Made by a program: the position numbers and the translations under genes. From assembly GCA_002697535.1 (NCBI GenBank), contig NZWE01000016.1:56440-77172 (forward strand): a DNA stretch of 20,733 nucleotides, written 5' to 3'. The notes beneath the pieces were generated by a model that ran no database searches, had not been told where the DNA came from, and worked only from the letters and a program-made list of their open reading frames with translations. Every line of letters starts with the position of its first letter. The stretch's first letter is position 1. This document shows, in pieces, positions 17,883 through 20,733 of the stretch. Source of the stretch: Actinomycetota bacterium. GTDB taxonomy: Bacteria; Margulisbacteria; Marinamargulisbacteria; GCA-2716485; GCA-002719695.

Positions 17883-18857
17883 ATGACAAAACATAAAAAT
17901 ACAAATTCAAACTCTGAAGTCATACTTGTTCCAGTACCATGGAACCCAACAACATTATTCTCATCAACCAGTCATATAAGTACAAACAAACTCATAGAAC
18001 TCCTGACGGATAGCCTAATAACAGACAAAGATATCCCTGAATTTTCAATAAATAATATTGGTATAGAAAATCAAAATGAAAATATTATAAAACAAAATGA
18101 AAAAGCAAAAAAAAATTTTAAAATACTAACTGAAAAAGTAAGCAATGAAGAAGTAATACCAAAAAAAGAAATAAAAGAATTTAATACAACTTTAAATGAA
18201 GTTAACCAAATCATTTATAATCAAGTAGAAAACCAGATAAAAAAAGATAAAGTAATTGGCGTAATCGGCGGTGATAGTACGGCATCTTATCCAATTATTA
18301 ATGCCTTAATAGACTATGTACCAACGTTTTCTATCCTAAGTATTAATAGCGAACTAAACTTAGATAAATCACTACCTGAAATAAATTTTTCAACCCATTC
18401 CGTCATGACTGAAATACTAAATCAACATAATGATATTAAACGTTTAGTACAAATTGGAATACAACATTATACACAAGAAGAATTAGAAATAATAAACAAA
18501 GAAAAAGGGCGAATTAAAGCTCTGTTTCAAGATGATATAAAAAAAGATTACTTTCTTGGTAAAACATGGGATTCATACTGCAAAAAAATTATAAATAACC
18601 TAACAGATACCGTTTATATTAGTATTCATGCCAATAGCTTATTACCTCATTACAGTAGCACCACAAATTCCTATGCTGAACCAAGTTTTGACTATAGCCA
18701 AATTAATTATCTAATTAAACAAATTTGCAAAGCTAAAAAAACTATTATTGGATTTGATGTTATTGGCATTGAAGATACAGACTATATGCTAGATTATCAA
18801 ACAATGGTTAATCTAATATATTTACTAGCATCACATACCTGGAAAACACATCAATAA
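17883..18857 (+). CDS. Agmatinase/arginase-like ureohydrolase-fold protein, predicted to lack the canonical Mn site
   Basis: Fold-level motifs retained: VPVPWNPTT, VIGVIGGDSTASYPIINAL, FSILSINSELNL, STHSVMTEILNQHNDIKRLVQIGIQHYTQEE, VYISIHANSLLPH, KTIIGFDVIGIED, LIYLLA. Canonical GGDHS, DAHxDL and DxD positions are substituted. Confidence 0.75.
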   Translation: MTKHKNTNSNSEVILVPVPWNPTTLFSSTSHISTNKLIELLTDSLITDKDIPEFSINNIGIENQNENIIKQNEKAKKNFKILTEKVSNEEVIPKKEIKEFNTTLNEVNQIIYNQVENQIKKDKVIGVIGGDSTASYPIINALIDYVPTFSILSINSELNLDKSLPEINFSTHSVMTEILNQHNDIKRLVQIGIQHYTQEELEIINKEKGRIKALFQDDIKKDYFLGKTWDSYCKKIINNLTDTVYISIHANSLLPHYSSTTNSYAEPSFDYSQINYLIKQICKAKKTIIGFDVIGIEDTDYMLDYQTMVNLIYLLASHTWKTHQ

Positions 18858-18858
18858 C

Positions 18859-19677
18859 ATGCCAAATATAGAAATCAAAAAACGTGTCAAAGCAACATCA
18901 TTTAGAAAATTTGCAATAGGAGCTTGGAAAAAACCAAGTGATCCAAAAGTATATACAAAAATAAAAATAGATATTACCCATCTAAAAAAAATATTAGATG
19001 AAAAAGAAGAAACAATATCATTGGTACATTTCTTTGCCAAAGCCATGGGAATAATCTATGAAAAGTATCCAGAACTAAACACCGTATTAATTGGAAATAA
19101 ATGCTATCAACGAAAAAATATCACAGCATTTATCCATACACATATTCGAAAAGAAAAACACTATGATCTTAGTGGAATTACCATCGAACATACCCATCAA
19201 AAATCACTTAAGAAAATTTCAACTGAAATCAAAAAAAAAGTTAACGAACTAAGAAATAATCAAAATAAAGCAATTAATCGAACCAATACTATTTTAAAAT
19301 ACTGTCCCAGCTGGTCATACCAATTATTAGTATCCTTATTTGATTTTATTATGAACCGCTTAAACATCAATTTATCATGGGCAGGGTTACCAAAAGATCC
19401 CTTTGGAAGTTATGGTATATCTGCAATTGGCAGCTTAGGATTTGAAGAAGGCTTTGTCCCTTTATTTCCATTATCACGATTAACAATGATCCTTGCTGTA
19501 GGAAAACCATTTAAAGAATGGACATTTGAAACAGAAAAACCAAAGAAACATCTTATGATTAATCTATGTTTTACACTTGATCATCGTTATTTAGATGGGG
19601 CACATGTAGCAAAACCATTGCGTCTACTGAAAAAAATCGCATTAAACCCTAGTAAATACGGCATTACATTTGATTAG
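18859..19677 (+). CDS. Stand-alone 2-oxoacid dehydrogenase E2-type (CAT-like) acyltransferase domain protein
   Basis: 272 aa. SFRKFAIGAWKKPSDPKVYTKIKIDITHLKKIL, ISLVHFFAKAMGIIYEKYPELNTVL, SAIGSLGFEEGFVPLFPLSRLTMILAVGKP, and catalytic-type CFTLDHRYLDGAHVAKPLR. No lipoyl or E3-binding domain. Confidence 0.85.
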   Translation: MPNIEIKKRVKATSFRKFAIGAWKKPSDPKVYTKIKIDITHLKKILDEKEETISLVHFFAKAMGIIYEKYPELNTVLIGNKCYQRKNITAFIHTHIRKEKHYDLSGITIEHTHQKSLKKISTEIKKKVNELRNNQNKAINRTNTILKYCPSWSYQLLVSLFDFIMNRLNINLSWAGLPKDPFGSYGISAIGSLGFEEGFVPLFPLSRLTMILAVGKPFKEWTFETEKPKKHLMINLCFTLDHRYLDGAHVAKPLRLLKKIALNPSKYGITFD

Positions 19678-19692
19678 CAAAAAAATAAAAAA

Positions 19693-20439
19693 TTAAAACT
19701 GAAAAGAAATAAACTGTTTAATAGCCATATCATACGAAGATAAAGAATCTTCAACCACTGAATCGTAATCAAAATCAAAAATTAATGAATATTTAAGATG
19801 ATTTGTAAGCTTAAAAACAAATCTATTTTCCAATAAAATCCGATAATCATTAAAAGAAACAATATCAGGCTGATAATAAAAAATAGTATATAAATTCAAA
19901 GAATTAGTAATAGGAATATAAAATTGTTGAAAATGAGTTAACCGTATTAATTGAGATGTTTCTAAAGTAGATAATTCTTCTAATTCATACATTAATCCCA
20001 TATTAATACTATGAGAAAAAATTGTGGAATTAATACCATTACGACCAATAGACCCTCCTAATAAAAAACGATGTTTTAGCATCTTAAAAATATTAGACTG
20101 TTCCTGCAAAAAAAGATCATAACGAAAGGTGTCGGAAACATAACGAATAAAACGCAAATGATAAAAGGATTTATCCTGAATGGTGATATCTTTTTTCTTG
20201 GCATAATGCATCGTAGTAATTAAAAAAAGTTGCGTATATTGATCAGAAGAAAAAACATAATTAAGACGATAATCAGGTTTAAATGATAGATAATCATTAT
20301 TACCATCTAAAACATCTAAATTAAATGATAACTGTTGATTTAAACCTAAATCGGACTGCTTATTAAACGAATCAATATGAACAACAGCAAAAATGCTGTT
20401 AAACAAGAGAACATAAAAAATTAGAATATACTTAATCAT
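19693..20439 (-). CDS. Putative outer-membrane beta-barrel protein (DUF481-like appearance)
   Basis: Signal-like MIKYILIFYVLLFNSIFA. Alternating strand pattern, SFYHLRFIRYVSDTFRYDLFLQEQSNIFKMLKHRFLLGGSIG, C-terminal ...KQFISFQF ending in Phe. Confidence 0.6.
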   Translation of the reverse strand: MIKYILIFYVLLFNSIFAVVHIDSFNKQSDLGLNQQLSFNLDVLDGNNDYLSFKPDYRLNYVFSSDQYTQLFLITTMHYAKKKDITIQDKSFYHLRFIRYVSDTFRYDLFLQEQSNIFKMLKHRFLLGGSIGRNGINSTIFSHSINMGLMYELEELSTLETSQLIRLTHFQQFYIPITNSLNLYTIFYYQPDIVSFNDYRILLENRFVFKLTNHLKYSLIFDFDYDSVVEDSLSSYDMAIKQFISFQF

Positions 20440-20733
20440 AATCTGTAAATAAGTTAGTATATTTAAAGCAATATTGAAAGTCTTTTACAACTTTATCATT
20501 AGAAACAATTTTATAATTACTTTGTTCAGCATCTTCCATAAAAACAGGGGATGGCAAAGCATGCTTTTGAGTATGAAAAGAATACAATTCTTCTTTAGTA
20601 GGGTGATGATTAGCAACACAATTAATAATTGTATTTTTGATACCTTGATTAATGACAGTATTAGTAATACCAACCACATCATCAACATGAATTAAATTAA
20701 CATAAGCATCTTTATTAGCAACCTGTTTACCCG
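20432..20733 (-). CDS. NAD(P)-dependent epimerase/SDR-family protein, 3' part, 5' end beyond right window edge
   Basis: The frame is open to the edge and reads GKQVANKDAYVNLIHVDDVVGITNTVINQG upstream of the listed GTG, a characteristic SDR epimerase segment. C-terminal HHPTKEELYSFHTQKHALPSPVF...GK-type SNDKVVKDFQYCFKY. Confidence 0.75.
   Translation of the reverse strand, partial: GKQVANKDAYVNLIHVDDVVGITNTVINQGIKNTIINCVANHHPTKEELYSFHTQKHALPSPVFMEDAEQSNYKIVSNDKVVKDFQYCFKYTNLFTDYD

Noticed and set aside
18831-19046. 71-aa minus-strand ORF 18831..19046
   Set aside because: Antisense to the junction of the ureohydrolase-like and E2-like genes, both supported by family motifs.
20474-20695. Overlapping ORFs 20474..20695(+) and 20485..20688(-)
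   Set aside because: They overlie the well-supported SDR C-terminal frame (20432..>20733, minus) and have low-complexity, non-protein-like composition.
1-20733. Search for CRISPR arrays, tRNA/rRNA, IS elements, phage modules, retron/TA/defense modules
   Set aside because: No direct repeat-spacer pattern, no tRNA- or rRNA-like conserved segments, no transposase, integrase, reverse transcriptase or nuclease-effector motifs seen. The only protein-level repeats are those of the PDZ-repeat protein.

Overview
AT-rich, tightly packed bacterial chromosomal window. Almost all of it is explained by housekeeping or metabolic genes, and I see no rRNA, tRNA, CRISPR array, IS element or phage module. Supported content, left to right: 3' part of a TIGR01777/YfcH-type SDR epimerase (enters from the left edge); ctaA/COX15 heme A synthase; type I methionine aminopeptidase with an N-terminal SEC-C zinc motif; a small hypothetical; a zinc-ribbon Nudix hydrolase; type II QueF; a large secreted PDZ protein with a ~27-aa D-x-x-G-x-D-x-Y repeat array; an HU/IHF-like protein; a Cys-rich exported protein plus a Met-rich beta-barrel-like protein; a small ORF plus pstC-pstA-pstB-phoU without pstS; a NYN/YacP-type protein; an O-acetylhomoserine sulfhydrylase-like enzyme; a System II cytochrome c maturation cluster (CcsA-type, ResB, lipoprotein); a degenerate agmatinase/ureohydrolase-like protein coupled to a stand-alone 2-oxoacid dehydrogenase E2-type acyltransferase; a putative outer-membrane barrel protein; and the 3' part of a second SDR epimerase running off the right edge. 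The most promising leads are (1) the ureohydrolase homologue in which every canonical Mn-ligand position appears substituted, next to the E2-like acyltransferase, (2) the PDZ plus repeat protein, and (3) the Cys-rich/Met-rich exported pair. I cannot show that any of these is a new system from this sequence alone.
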